From an uncultured virus (IMG/VR IMGVR_UViG_3300014656_005142) (taxonomy: Duplodnaviria; Heunggongvirae; Uroviricota; Caudoviricetes): DNA of 64,000 bases. Below are positions 1 through 9,900 of this stretch, in pieces. How positions within the stretch are numbered: the stretch's first letter is position 1; every line of letters starts with the position of its first letter. Position numbers and translations under genes: made by a program. The stretch is taken from IMG/VR virus record IMGVR_UViG_3300014656_005142; one strand, given 5' to 3'. The notes below the pieces were generated by a model. That model saw only the letters and a program-made list of their open reading frames with translations, had not been told where the DNA came from and did no database searches.

Positions 1-405
1 ATGGGGTGGACAGCTACTATTACTAACAATCTATTTGGAGATAAATACCATCTTGGCAAAAGGACTAGAGCTAAACTTCCAGAACAAAAGAGAACTGTTG
101 AAGGAACTCTTACTGTAGAGTTTGATAATCTTGATCTCTATAGGAGATTTCTAAACGGAACTCAGGGTAATATAATTATGATTTTTACTTCTCCTTCTTA
201 TATTACAGATACTGTTCTTGGGGATAGTTCTACTCAGTATAGCCTAACAGTTAGACAACCTGAAATAGAATTTAACGGAACAACTCCCGTTACGGCTGAT
301 GAAGGAATTATAACAGTTGAAATGCCTTATGTGGCTTTATATGATGATACTAATAGTATTCCTGAAATAAGGATTACTATAGTTTCGGATGTGGCTTATA
401 TTTAA
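1..405 (+). CDS. Phage tail tube protein, C-terminal part (probably 5'-truncated)
   Basis: WTATITNNL...KRTVEGTLTVEFDN...IEFNGTTP pattern typical of tail tube proteins; lies upstream of chaperone and tape measure. Confidence 0.75.
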   Translation: MGWTATITNNLFGDKYHLGKRTRAKLPEQKRTVEGTLTVEFDNLDLYRRFLNGTQGNIIMIFTSPSYITDTVLGDSSTQYSLTVRQPEIEFNGTTPVTADEGIITVEMPYVALYDDTNSIPEIRITIVSDVAYI

Positions 406-446
406 TCTCTGCCCTCCTTTCTTGCCATGACCGATGCCCATAATTT

Positions 447-476
447 GTGAGAGGGGAATTTTAAAACCCCTCTCAC
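447..476 (+). terminator. Stem-loop / probable intrinsic terminator after tail tube gene
   Basis: Perfect 10-bp inverted repeat GTGAGAGGGG-N10-CCCCTCTCAC; weak U tract. Confidence 0.6.
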
Positions 477-501
477 TTCCCTCTTAAAAAGAGGACTTCT
501 C

Positions 502-678
502 ATGGATTATGTTCTTTCCTTTCTTTGTGTTTATTTTTGGTATCCCTATATCTCTGCTCTTCGTCTACTTCGTTTAATTGGAAATCTAGCTTATTATCTT
601 CATTATGAGAAAGGAGTTCTAGGAACTTTTTCCAGAACTGTTTTCATAAAGTCTGCCAAGAAATTTTTTTTTGTGTAG
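502..678 (+). CDS. Small hypothetical protein (58 aa, not in ORF track)
   Basis: ATG preceded by GAGGA; MDYVLSFLCVYFWYPY...KFFFV* fills the intergenic gap. Confidence 0.4.
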   Translation: MDYVLSFLCVYFWYPYISALRLLRLIGNLAYYLHYEKGVLGTFSRTVFIKSAKKFFFV

Positions 679-719
679 ATGATTTAGAAAAATATTTTAT
701 TATTTTAAGGAGAAATGAA

Positions 720-1130
720 ATGGGAAAAATATTTGGGTTAAAATCAGATCAGGTCCATGATTTTATTCTTAAAGGACAAGAGAAAGACCCGAAAGAGGAT
801 CAGGTAAGTTGGAAAGTGAAATACTTGAGTGTTGCTATTGCGGCAGAAATTTCTGACAGTATTTATTCTGCAAAAGGGTTTGGGAAGAAAAGAGAAGAAC
901 TTCTTAAAGCTGGAACTCAACAATTAGAGATTCTCAGGCGTGGTCTAGTTGGATGGGAAAATTTTAAATATGAAGATGAAACCCTTGTTGAATGGGAAGA
1001 TCCTCCGAGGGGAGGAACTGTAACTAAATTCTATGAAGCTATGGATAAAAATCTTAATAAAGTTCCTCCTGAAATTAGGGATGAAATAGCTGATCATATC
1101 AGAGGAGGAAGTGTAGCTGAATTGGACTGA
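720..1130 (+). CDS. Tail assembly chaperone (gpG-like)
   Basis: Position between tail tube and tape measure; LRRGLVGWENF motif common in tail assembly chaperones; AAGGAG SD. Confidence 0.75.
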   Translation: MGKIFGLKSDQVHDFILKGQEKDPKEDQVSWKVKYLSVAIAAEISDSIYSAKGFGKKREELLKAGTQQLEILRRGLVGWENFKYEDETLVEWEDPPRGGTVTKFYEAMDKNLNKVPPEIRDEIADHIRGGSVAELD

Positions 1131-1603
1131 TCGAAGACCTTAGATTAGCAGTAAGATGGGGGATCGCTAAGAGATATCTTAAAAATCCTAGTATTTGGGA
1201 ATGTGATTACTGCGAGTCTAAGGGATTAAGGGAAAAAAGAAATTGTGAATGGGATCAACCTGGAGAATGTAAAGTATGTGGTTCTGTGTCCTTCGAGGAC
1301 GTCTATTGCGATCGAGGGAGCTCTAACTTTTTATGTGGTAGGTGTAATGGCCTTGTTAAATTTAAAGGAGAATTTTTACTCGGCAAAACTTACAGGACTC
1401 CAGGTTGTCCCGTTTCTAAATTAACTGAAAGAGCAGGATTTTTTATACAACTTGTTAATTGGTCTGATGAAGTGGGAGTTTTACCTACTGCAAAAACTCT
1501 TTTTGAAGAAAGTATGCTTTATTTTGAAATTAGAAACTTTGTCATTTCTGAGAGATCTATAGCTGAAGAAGAAATGTCTCCTAAAGAGGATACTAGAAAA
1601 TGA
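1121..1603 (+). CDS. Cys-rich tail assembly chaperone extension (gpT-like); frame is open from 1121, not 1286
   Basis: The -1 frame relative to 720..1130 is open from 1121 (IGLIEDLRLAVRWG...CDYC...CKVC...CGRC...GCP) and ends overlapping the tape measure ATG. Confidence 0.65.
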   Translation: MGLIEDLRLAVRWGIAKRYLKNPSIWECDYCESKGLREKRNCEWDQPGECKVCGSVSFEDVYCDRGSSNFLCGRCNGLVKFKGEFLLGKTYRTPGCPVSKLTERAGFFIQLVNWSDEVGVLPTAKTLFEESMLYFEIRNFVISERSIAEEEMSPKEDTRK

Positions 1604-4600
1604 TAACTCGTGATATAAATATGATTCTTAAACTCAGAAGAGAGAGACAGAGTGTGGAAGAATTAGGAAGTCTTAGAAAAGGATTAAGTGGCATTGAGAC
1701 TCAGATAAGAAATATTCAGCAATTAGGAAAACTTAGAAAAACTCCTATTTTCGAACAAGACTTAAAGTCTATTAAAGTTCTTCAAAAAGAAATAGAAATT
1801 CTTAATCAAGAAATGGTCAATATTTTTAAGCCAGGATTATTGAAGAGAGGGGCTGGAGTTACTGATCAGATGATAAAAGATTTCCAAAAAGCTAGAAAAG
1901 AAGCTGAAGCTCTTAAAGATGCTCTCTTTAGAATTCCAGAAGCAATAGACTTACTTAAAAATGTTGAAGCTGAATTTGATAAGTTAAAAGAAAAAACTGG
2001 AGAAAGTTCTAGGACTCTTATAGGATTAGCGAGAGAATATAGAAAAACAGGGGAAGTTTCTGTAGTTGAAGCTAAAAAAATGGTTGAAGCCTATGAAATG
2101 GTTAGACAAGAACTCGTCAAAATGTTTGAATCTATGGGAGTTTTCACAAAAGGAGCAGTAATAGATTTTAAAGCTGATACTTGGGCTGCTAAATATGCTA
2201 AAGCCCAAGAGACTGTTAATGTTTCTATGGCTAAGGCTAAAAATATCGCTAAAGACTTAGAAATGCAATATCTTAGAACCTATGAACAGATAGTTAGAGG
2301 AGCTGAAAGAGTCGCTTCAATATCTGCTGGAACTCTTAAGAGCCAAAATGAGCAGATTCAAGCTCAGATGTCTTATTATGAAAAATGGAGAATGGACACT
2401 GAAAGGCTTCAACAAGCTTATCTAGAATTGGGAGTAGCTGTTAAAATGGGAGGAGAGGCATTTAAGGGATCTTCCTATCATATGGAAAGGCTCAATGAAC
2501 TCCAAAGAAGAGGAACAGAGCATTTAAGACAATATGTGGGAATGAATAATGTTTTCGTTAAAAGCATGGTAACAAATTTAGAAGTTCAGAAAAGGATGAC
2601 TGTTACTCTTGAATTTCTTCAAAAACAATATATAGAAACTGCAACTGTCGTGATTAGATTAATGAATGAAGAAAGATTATTAGGAGAAGTAACTAAAGAA
2701 GTTGGAAAGAACGAGAATATTCTTCAGCAAAGACTTAATATTTTAAGAAATATAATGGAAATTCTTTCTGTTGAAATAATAAAATTAATTACTCTTAAAA
2801 AACAACTTGGAATAAGAACTCTACAAAATTCTAAAGAGTTTGATTTTTTGTCAGCTAAGATATTAGAAACTCAGGCCAGGATGGAAAAGTTCACTATCAA
2901 GATTGGTGAAGTTAATGATGCATTGGGAAAAATTCGAAGAAGAACTGGAGATGCTGCCAGAGCCATGGATCGTATGAGTGCTGAAGGCTTTGGTAATATG
3001 ATTATTAGCCAGGCTGCGTGGATGGCAGGATTTAAAGTTGTATTTGGAACATTAGATGCTTTTAAAGCTGCTTTGAATTCTTCTATTCAATTACAAGAAG
3101 CTCTAGCAAGAGCTATGAGAACAGCGAGGAGTGATACTAAGAATCAGAAAGAGATGTTCGAGTTATATAAGGATGCTATAATTCGAGCGAGAATAGAAAC
3201 AGGAGCAGCTATTCAGGATCTTGGAGAAATTATGTATCAATTAGGTTCTGCTGGTTTAAGTGCAGAACAATCTGTGGCTGCTCTAAATTCCACTCTATCT
3301 AGTATTATAGCCACTGAAGATGATGTTAGGGAATTGACAAAACTTGTTGCTAGTCTTTACAATAATTTTGCTGATCAAATATATAGAGTTGATGGAAAAC
3401 TAACTTCTCTTTCTAATACATTTGACGACTATAATACTAAGGTCGTAGAAGCTGTATCTATGAATGAAAAGTTTAAATACATTAATGATCTTTTGATCAG
3501 AGCTTTTGATGAAAACCAGATAGAAATGAATGAGCTTAGAGATGGTTTGAAGTTTATGGCTCAATCTGGAAGAGCAGCTAACCTATCTCTAGAAGATATG
3601 GCTGGAATTTTAGCTTTCTTAAACAATCACTTAATCAGAGCTGGGACTGCTGGTCGTTCAATGAGGGTCATACTAAGTAGATTAACTAAAGATGCTTCTA
3701 AGTTTGCAGAAGCTTTTAATATAAAGATTGATCTCGATAAACCTCTTAATTTCTTGAATATTATGAAAGAAGTTCATAAAACATATGGGGAGCAAATAAT
3801 TTCTGTTGAAAAATTAGGAAAAATATTTAAAAATATGGGATTAAGGGGAGCTGAGGCTTTCAATTTAATTCAGAGAAATGTGGGAGAAGTTGAGACTACT
3901 ATTTCTAGACTAAGAGATAATTTAGAAGGGGCAGCAGACAGGATGAGAGATATTCGTCTTTCTGATTTTGCTTCTCAGGCTAAAATTACTACTGCTAATG
4001 TAGAAGCTCTTCTTAGAAAAGGAGTGGAGCCGTTTTTAGAATCTGCTGGATTCATGGTTTCTATAGTTAATTCTTTGAGCAAGGGTCTTGCAAAAATTAA
4101 TGATTCTCTTTCTGGAACTTTAGGGTTTATTATCAGAATAATTGGAACTGTTGGAGCGATAATGACTTTTGCTTTTGCAGTTACTCATCTTGGAAAAGCT
4201 TTTGGATGGGCATCAGTGGTGGGGAAAACACTTTTTTTAAGAATGAAAGATCTAGGAAAAGAGACTGAAGCTAGTGTTTCTATAATGGATAAATTGAGGG
4301 GAGTATTCACTGGAATAGGGGCTGCGTTTACTGGGCTTAGAAATGAAATTTCGACCAATATAGTTGCTCTTAATCAGACTTCTAAAGCTACAAATGCACT
4401 AACGAGAACTTTTCCAGTAGTCACAAATGTTGTTAATGCGACTAAAGCTTCTGTTACAGGATTAGCTTCAGCTTTCATGGGCCTCAGTGCTATTATGAAA
4501 ACTGCTATAGTCACAGGAGTCATTGTGGCAATATATAAACTTGCAAGTTATTTTGATGAAACTATAATTAGATTAAAATCAGCAGCTAAAGAACAACAAA

Positions 4601-7326
4601 ATCTCGTATATCAAGCTGATTCATATATTATTAAATTAGAACTTGCTTTGAAAATAATAGAAAAATCTACTAAAATTACAAATGAAAATAGAGAAGCTGT
4701 AAATAAATTAGCTTCTGAAATTGGACTCCTTGGCAAAAAATATTCTGATGAATCTAAGTATATAAGTGATATCTCTTCTAAGACAGAAAAGTTAATTATT
4801 ATCCAGAAAAAACTTCTTGATATACAAAGAGATATTGCGAAAGAAAAAAATCTTAAATTAATTTCTGTAGAATTTTCTAAAATTAAAAATGCTGCTGATC
4901 CTGCCGTTGGAGCCTTTAAAGAATTATGGTCGGTTATTTCTAATTTTAATAATAAATTGACTGAAGTGGGACTTAATTTAAAAGAAAATATTATGTTTGG
5001 AGCAGGAAGAAAAGAAGTAATTACTGGAGGAATTGATTTTTATGGGGAGAGGGTTACAGAAGCCACCAAGAAGGTTGATTTTTTTATGACCAGAATTAAA
5101 ATGCTAGAATCTTCTCTTAAGACTGAAACAAATATAGGAAGAGAAGCGAGAAATAAAGAAGAACTTAGTAGATATAGAGAAGAATTAGATATTCAGCTTA
5201 AATTGAGAGATACATACCAAGAAAAATTACAATATTATAAAGAAGAGAGAATTGAACTTCATAAAACTGATATTCTTTTGAAAGATCAAGCTAAGAGTTT
5301 TGAAAAAATAGAAGAAGCAAAACACAAAGCCATAGAATCTATTAAAGAATATTCTAAACAGATAATAGAAATGAAAAAAATTTCTAGACAAATAGATGTA
5401 TTTTCAGAAGCTTTTAGAAATCTTAATTTTAGAAGTGTTACAACTTTAGAAGAAATTAAACAGAAATTCAAGGATATTGAAAGAGAAAGTTATGTAGTTA
5501 ATTTTGCTGATGATTTAAATCTTCTTCGTCAGAGATTGATAGAAGTTGGAGATAAAGAAGTAGAAATTAAGAAACTCTGGAACGATACTAATAAGCTAGG
5601 AATAGATGGAGTTAAATCTTTACAATCTTATTCGGATGAACTATCAGTAGTTTTGAAGAAAGTAGGAGATTTAGAAAGAACTCATTTAGACTTAGAAGTT
5701 GAAAGAATTAAATTTCAATATGGAGATCTTAGCACCTCTCTAGAAAGATCTGAGTCTCAATTATCTAGTCTTATTCAGACAAGTGAAAAACATTTATCTG
5801 CAAACGATAAAATAAGAGATAGTATATTAAAAGAAAAAGCTACTCTGTATGATCTTCAGGAACAATATAGAACAATGAATTCTAGTTCTGAAAAATATAG
5901 AGAAACTCAGGAAAAAATATATGCTCAACAAGGTAAAATTTCAATTATAGAAGGAAGACTTGAAAGACAGAGAGCTCTAGAGCGAAAAGAATTAGATAAA
6001 GGAATTATAAGTCTGGAGACAATGAGAGCAAGAACTGAGACTTATTTACAAACTCAGGAAGATTTAAAAATATCTCTATTGGAAGCTACTGCTGCTCATA
6101 GATCAGCAATATCTGGTTCAGATAAAGAAAGAGAAACTAAGTCTAAATTAGAAGCTATTCAAAGAGCTTTAACTGATGCAATTAATAGAACTAATGCCGT
6201 TAAAGCAGAAGAAACTACAAATACAGCCAGGCTCATTGGAGAATATGATAAGATTAAAATAAAATATGCTGAACAACTCAAATTATTAAAAGATCAAGAA
6301 GCTGTCAATAAGTTGAGAATATTTCAGGCTGAACATGAGATTATGGTATTGGGAAGATCTGCTGCTTCTATGGAAAAGAAAAAAGATCTATATGGTATTT
6401 TAAGAAAACAAATAGAAGAGCAAATAAAAACTTTAGATAGTCAGTTTGAGAAAGAAAAGAAAATTATAGAATTACAAAAAAAAGCTGGCGAAATTACTGG
6501 ATTAGATGCTTATTTGAGAAATCAAAATCTTATAGTTGAATATGATAGAAGAAAATTAGAACTCTCTAAGAAAAATAGTGAAGTTCTTTCAGATGAACAG
6601 AATATAATTAGTGAACTTAAGAATGAATACAATGAAATGGCGAGAAATCTTACCAGATCAATAGAAGAGTTAGGGAAAGAAGTTAATTCGCTAAGAGAAT
6701 TTTTTGTTCAGATAAGAAAAGTAGTAGAACAACAAATAACTATTCATCTTAATGATAAAGAAGTCAGAGCTGTCACAGATTTATTTGATAAATATTTTGT
6801 TAATAAAGAATATAATATCACTGTTCGTGTAAAAGAAATTGAATATAAAGGTAAATATCTGGGAGGAATAATTAAGAAAGCAAGAGGAGGATTAGTTCCC
6901 GCTATGGTATCTTCTGGAGAAGGATATGTTCCTCCTAATAAAGCCTGGAAAAATTTAGATGCTCTTAATTCTCTCAATGGAGGAAGATCTACTCCTTTTA
7001 TTCCTAATAGTGTTAAAATGTTTAAAGGTCCTGGGGGAGTAGATAATATATTTACTATGCTTCCCTCTGGATCATATGTTCTTTCCAGGAGAGGAATGGA
7101 TGCATATTCAAAATCCATGAAAGAAGGAGCAGTTTCTTTCCAGGAAGGCGGAGAAGTTAACGAAGAAATGATTCCTAGGGGAAATGCTCCCAGAGATGTA
7201 GGAACTTTTACAATAGTAGTTCAAAAGGGAGGAACTGCTAGAGAATTTCCTGTTTATGGAAAAGTGTCTGTTTTAGAAGAACTTAAAAACGAACTTGAAG
7301 AAGAAAGATTAACGAAACTTCATTAA
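1600..7326 (+). CDS. Tail tape measure protein (TP901-like core)
   Basis: 1908 aa, coiled-coil rich; core LKFMAQSGRAANLSLEDMAGILAFL..AGTAGRSMR; C-terminal GG..GPGGVDNI..MLPSGSYV motif. Confidence 0.92.
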   Translation: MITRDINMILKLRRERQSVEELGSLRKGLSGIETQIRNIQQLGKLRKTPIFEQDLKSIKVLQKEIEILNQEMVNIFKPGLLKRGAGVTDQMIKDFQKARKEAEALKDALFRIPEAIDLLKNVEAEFDKLKEKTGESSRTLIGLAREYRKTGEVSVVEAKKMVEAYEMVRQELVKMFESMGVFTKGAVIDFKADTWAAKYAKAQETVNVSMAKAKNIAKDLEMQYLRTYEQIVRGAERVASISAGTLKSQNEQIQAQMSYYEKWRMDTERLQQAYLELGVAVKMGGEAFKGSSYHMERLNELQRRGTEHLRQYVGMNNVFVKSMVTNLEVQKRMTVTLEFLQKQYIETATVVIRLMNEERLLGEVTKEVGKNENILQQRLNILRNIMEILSVEIIKLITLKKQLGIRTLQNSKEFDFLSAKILETQARMEKFTIKIGEVNDALGKIRRRTGDAARAMDRMSAEGFGNMIISQAAWMAGFKVVFGTLDAFKAALNSSIQLQEALARAMRTARSDTKNQKEMFELYKDAIIRARIETGAAIQDLGEIMYQLGSAGLSAEQSVAALNSTLSSIIATEDDVRELTKLVASLYNNFADQIYRVDGKLTSLSNTFDDYNTKVVEAVSMNEKFKYINDLLIRAFDENQIEMNELRDGLKFMAQSGRAANLSLEDMAGILAFLNNHLIRAGTAGRSMRVILSRLTKDASKFAEAFNIKIDLDKPLNFLNIMKEVHKTYGEQIISVEKLGKIFKNMGLRGAEAFNLIQRNVGEVETTISRLRDNLEGAADRMRDIRLSDFASQAKITTANVEALLRKGVEPFLESAGFMVSIVNSLSKGLAKINDSLSGTLGFIIRIIGTVGAIMTFAFAVTHLGKAFGWASVVGKTLFLRMKDLGKETEASVSIMDKLRGVFTGIGAAFTGLRNEISTNIVALNQTSKATNALTRTFPVVTNVVNATKASVTGLASAFMGLSAIMKTAIVTGVIVAIYKLASYFDETIIRLKSAAKEQQNLVYQADSYIIKLELALKIIEKSTKITNENREAVNKLASEIGLLGKKYSDESKYISDISSKTEKLIIIQKKLLDIQRDIAKEKNLKLISVEFSKIKNAADPAVGAFKELWSVISNFNNKLTEVGLNLKENIMFGAGRKEVITGGIDFYGERVTEATKKVDFFMTRIKMLESSLKTETNIGREARNKEELSRYREELDIQLKLRDTYQEKLQYYKEERIELHKTDILLKDQAKSFEKIEEAKHKAIESIKEYSKQIIEMKKISRQIDVFSEAFRNLNFRSVTTLEEIKQKFKDIERESYVVNFADDLNLLRQRLIEVGDKEVEIKKLWNDTNKLGIDGVKSLQSYSDELSVVLKKVGDLERTHLDLEVERIKFQYGDLSTSLERSESQLSSLIQTSEKHLSANDKIRDSILKEKATLYDLQEQYRTMNSSSEKYRETQEKIYAQQGKISIIEGRLERQRALERKELDKGIISLETMRARTETYLQTQEDLKISLLEATAAHRSAISGSDKERETKSKLEAIQRALTDAINRTNAVKAEETTNTARLIGEYDKIKIKYAEQLKLLKDQEAVNKLRIFQAEHEIMVLGRSAASMEKKKDLYGILRKQIEEQIKTLDSQFEKEKKIIELQKKAGEITGLDAYLRNQNLIVEYDRRKLELSKKNSEVLSDEQNIISELKNEYNEMARNLTRSIEELGKEVNSLREFFVQIRKVVEQQITIHLNDKEVRAVTDLFDKYFVNKEYNITVRVKEIEYKGKYLGGIIKKARGGLVPAMVSSGEGYVPPNKAWKNLDALNSLNGGRSTPFIPNSVKMFKGPGGVDNIFTMLPSGSYVLSRRGMDAYSKSMKEGAVSFQEGGEVNEEMIPRGNAPRDVGTFTIVVQKGGTAREFPVYGKVSVLEELKNELEEERLTKLH

Positions 7327-7343
7327 TTGGAGGATGTTGAGTT

Positions 7344-7709
7344 ATGTATGGAAAAGAACTAATCTTAGATATCCATAAATGCAATGAAACTAAATTTACA
7401 AGAAGTTCGATTGAAGAATATTTTAAAATATTATGCGAACTTATTGATATGAAAAGGTGTGATCTATATTTTTGGGATGATTTTGATGTTCCAGAGAATG
7501 AAAAACAAACAGAAGTTCATACTACTGGAACTTCAGCAGTTCAATTTATATTGACAAGTAATATAACTATTCACACTTTAGATCTTTTGAGAAAAGTATT
7601 TGTAAATATTTTTTCATGCAAAGATTTTGATTCAAGGAAAGCTAAGGATTTTACTATAGCTTGGTTTGATGGAGAACTTGCGTCAGAACATTTTATAGAA
7701 AGGATTTAA
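7344..7709 (+). CDS. speD: S-adenosylmethionine decarboxylase proenzyme-like (class 1b, pyruvoyl)
   Basis: GKELILDIHKC...GTSAVQFILTSNITIHT...VFVNIFSCKDFD; cleavage site reads T-SN rather than E-SH. Confidence 0.8.
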   Translation: MYGKELILDIHKCNETKFTRSSIEEYFKILCELIDMKRCDLYFWDDFDVPENEKQTEVHTTGTSAVQFILTSNITIHTLDLLRKVFVNIFSCKDFDSRKAKDFTIAWFDGELASEHFIERI

Positions 7710-7711
7710 AG

Positions 7712-8710
7712 ATGAATATTGTTTTCATTATACCAACCGGAATAGGATGTGAAATTGGGGGTCATGCAGGAGATGCTAATCCTGTCGTTAAATTAATTGC
7801 ATCTCTTTGTCACAAATTAATTACTCATCCAAATGCTGTAAATGCTTCTGATATAAATGAAATGCCAGAAAATGTTTTATATGTTGAAGGAAGTATTTTG
7901 GATAGATTTTTATGGAAACATATTTATCTTAAAGAAATTTATTATAACAAAATTCTTCTTGTAGTTAATAAGCCTCTTCGGAAAGATACGATTAATGCAG
8001 TTAATGCAGCTAGAACAACAATTGGCGCAGATATAGAAATTCTAGAACTCAAAGTTAGATTAGAAATGGAAGGAAAAATAATAAATAATCGGGCAACTGG
8101 AAACATTAAAGGGTGGGAGTCTTTAGTAAATCAAGTTGAAAAATATGATTTTGATGCTCTTGCTATTTGTTCCTCAATAGATGTAGATAGAGAGACAAAA
8201 TTTCATTATTTTAATCATGGAGGAATTAATCCTTGGGGAGGAATAGAAGCAATTACTTCTAGATTAATAGCGGATAAATTAGATAAACCTGTAGCTCATG
8301 CTCCTTTTCAACTTTATGGGGAAGATCCTGAATATGATAATTTGCATGAAAATTTGGTATGTGATCCGAGAATAGCAGCAGAGATGGTATCTGTTTGTTA
8401 TATTCATTGTGTTTTTAAAGGATTGCATAAGGCTCCGAGAATAGATTACCATAGAGGATTATCAGCAGATGAAATAGATTTAATGATTAGCCCTATGTGT
8501 TGGGGAGAACCGCATGAAGCTTGTAAGGAAGCAAAAATCCCTATAATTTTTGTCAAAGAGAATAAAACTTGTGTTGAAAATATTAATATTCCATCAGAAT
8601 ATATTATTGTAGATAATTATTGGGAAGCTGCGGGAATTATTTCTTGCTATAAATCAGGAATTCTTCCTTCTTCTGCTAGAAGACCAATTAAGGAAGTTAA
8701 AATTAATTAG
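7712..8710 (+). CDS. DUF3326 family protein
   Basis: IIPTGIGCEIGGHAGDA, LITHPNAVNASDINEM, YVEGS, GGINPWGGIEAITS, PVAHAP, GLHKAP, VDNYWEAAG motifs. Confidence 0.85.
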   Translation: MNIVFIIPTGIGCEIGGHAGDANPVVKLIASLCHKLITHPNAVNASDINEMPENVLYVEGSILDRFLWKHIYLKEIYYNKILLVVNKPLRKDTINAVNAARTTIGADIEILELKVRLEMEGKIINNRATGNIKGWESLVNQVEKYDFDALAICSSIDVDRETKFHYFNHGGINPWGGIEAITSRLIADKLDKPVAHAPFQLYGEDPEYDNLHENLVCDPRIAAEMVSVCYIHCVFKGLHKAPRIDYHRGLSADEIDLMISPMCWGEPHEACKEAKIPIIFVKENKTCVENINIPSEYIIVDNYWEAAGIISCYKSGILPSSARRPIKEVKIN

Positions 8711-8724
8711 GATTATAAAGTAAT

Positions 8725-9891
8725 ATGTATTTAACTTTTTCTATAGAACCTTCTTATGGATCTGATGCAACATCTCAGGATTATGTTGTGGATCTTATAT
8801 CTGATGAGATAATGGATAATGTAAATTATGTAAAGACTACTGAATTTAATCATCCCACAAGTAGAACAAGATATAAATCCATTAAAACAGTAGGAGGAAC
8901 AGTAGATCTTGAATTTACTTTTGGAAACGAAGCTTGGAATATTCTTTTCCAGTCTCTTATAGGTCAGAGATTAAGAGTTAGCAATTTTGCTTTAGCCAGA
9001 TCTTACGAAAAATGGAATATAATAACAGGAATGTTAGCTGCCGATATTACTGCTTCTGCTACTATTTTTAATATTACTGAATATAAGATCGGAGAATTTG
9101 ATAATATAGCAGGAATTATTGTGGATAGCGAATATATTGCCATAAGTGCTATAAGCAATGGCAGCGTAACAGGGTCTACAAGGGCCTCAGAGGGGTCTAC
9201 AGCGGCTCTCCACACACAAAGCACCCTTGTGTATGGGGTGGAAATTTCTGGAGGCAAAAGTATAGATATAATTTCGAGATATAGAAATGGATATTGCTAC
9301 TCTTTGCCTACGAGTCTGACAATGCTAATGTATAGAGCGGGAGATTATTTTAAATTTAACGGAATTAAGTTCTTCGACTTTATATTCAATTCTAGACCGC
9401 AAGAAGGAGTTTCTGCTGCTTTTAATCTAAGAGGAAGAAATTCAGGAATTATAGAATTAGCTTCTCCTTCTGCTACTACAGATGATTATCAAATGTTAGA
9501 TACAGATAATATTAATTGCTATTCTATGAATTCTGAAATAGATATATCTAGTCTGTACTTTCAAATCAGTAATACTCTTACTCAGACCACATCTTTATTT
9601 ATGGATTCTACATATCAGGCTGTTATAGTAAATGCCTTTTCTGCATATGGACAGTTTTCTATTCCAGAATCCTCCATTGATTACTATAATTCCTATATAA
9701 ATGATGAAACTAAAAATCTGAGTATGACTATCTGCAATTCTAGACCTTTTACGAAAGCTTATGTCTTCGCTTTTAATAATATTAAATGGGGAACAATGCA
9801 GCATATCTTAAGATCAAATATTATTATTCAAGACAGTATTCCTTTTTATGTATTTGGAGATAATAATTTCACTATTCTTATTCAGAATTAA
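8725..9891 (+). CDS. Tail-tube-like structural protein with internal insertion
   Basis: IEPSYG N-terminus, TVGGTVDLEF, SLTMLMYR..FKFNG, FQISNTL resemble tail tube family; tail operon position. Confidence 0.5.
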   Translation: MYLTFSIEPSYGSDATSQDYVVDLISDEIMDNVNYVKTTEFNHPTSRTRYKSIKTVGGTVDLEFTFGNEAWNILFQSLIGQRLRVSNFALARSYEKWNIITGMLAADITASATIFNITEYKIGEFDNIAGIIVDSEYIAISAISNGSVTGSTRASEGSTAALHTQSTLVYGVEISGGKSIDIISRYRNGYCYSLPTSLTMLMYRAGDYFKFNGIKFFDFIFNSRPQEGVSAAFNLRGRNSGIIELASPSATTDDYQMLDTDNINCYSMNSEIDISSLYFQISNTLTQTTSLFMDSTYQAVIVNAFSAYGQFSIPESSIDYYNSYINDETKNLSMTICNSRPFTKAYVFAFNNIKWGTMQHILRSNIIIQDSIPFYVFGDNNFTILIQN

Positions 9892-9900
9892 GGATCAGTT

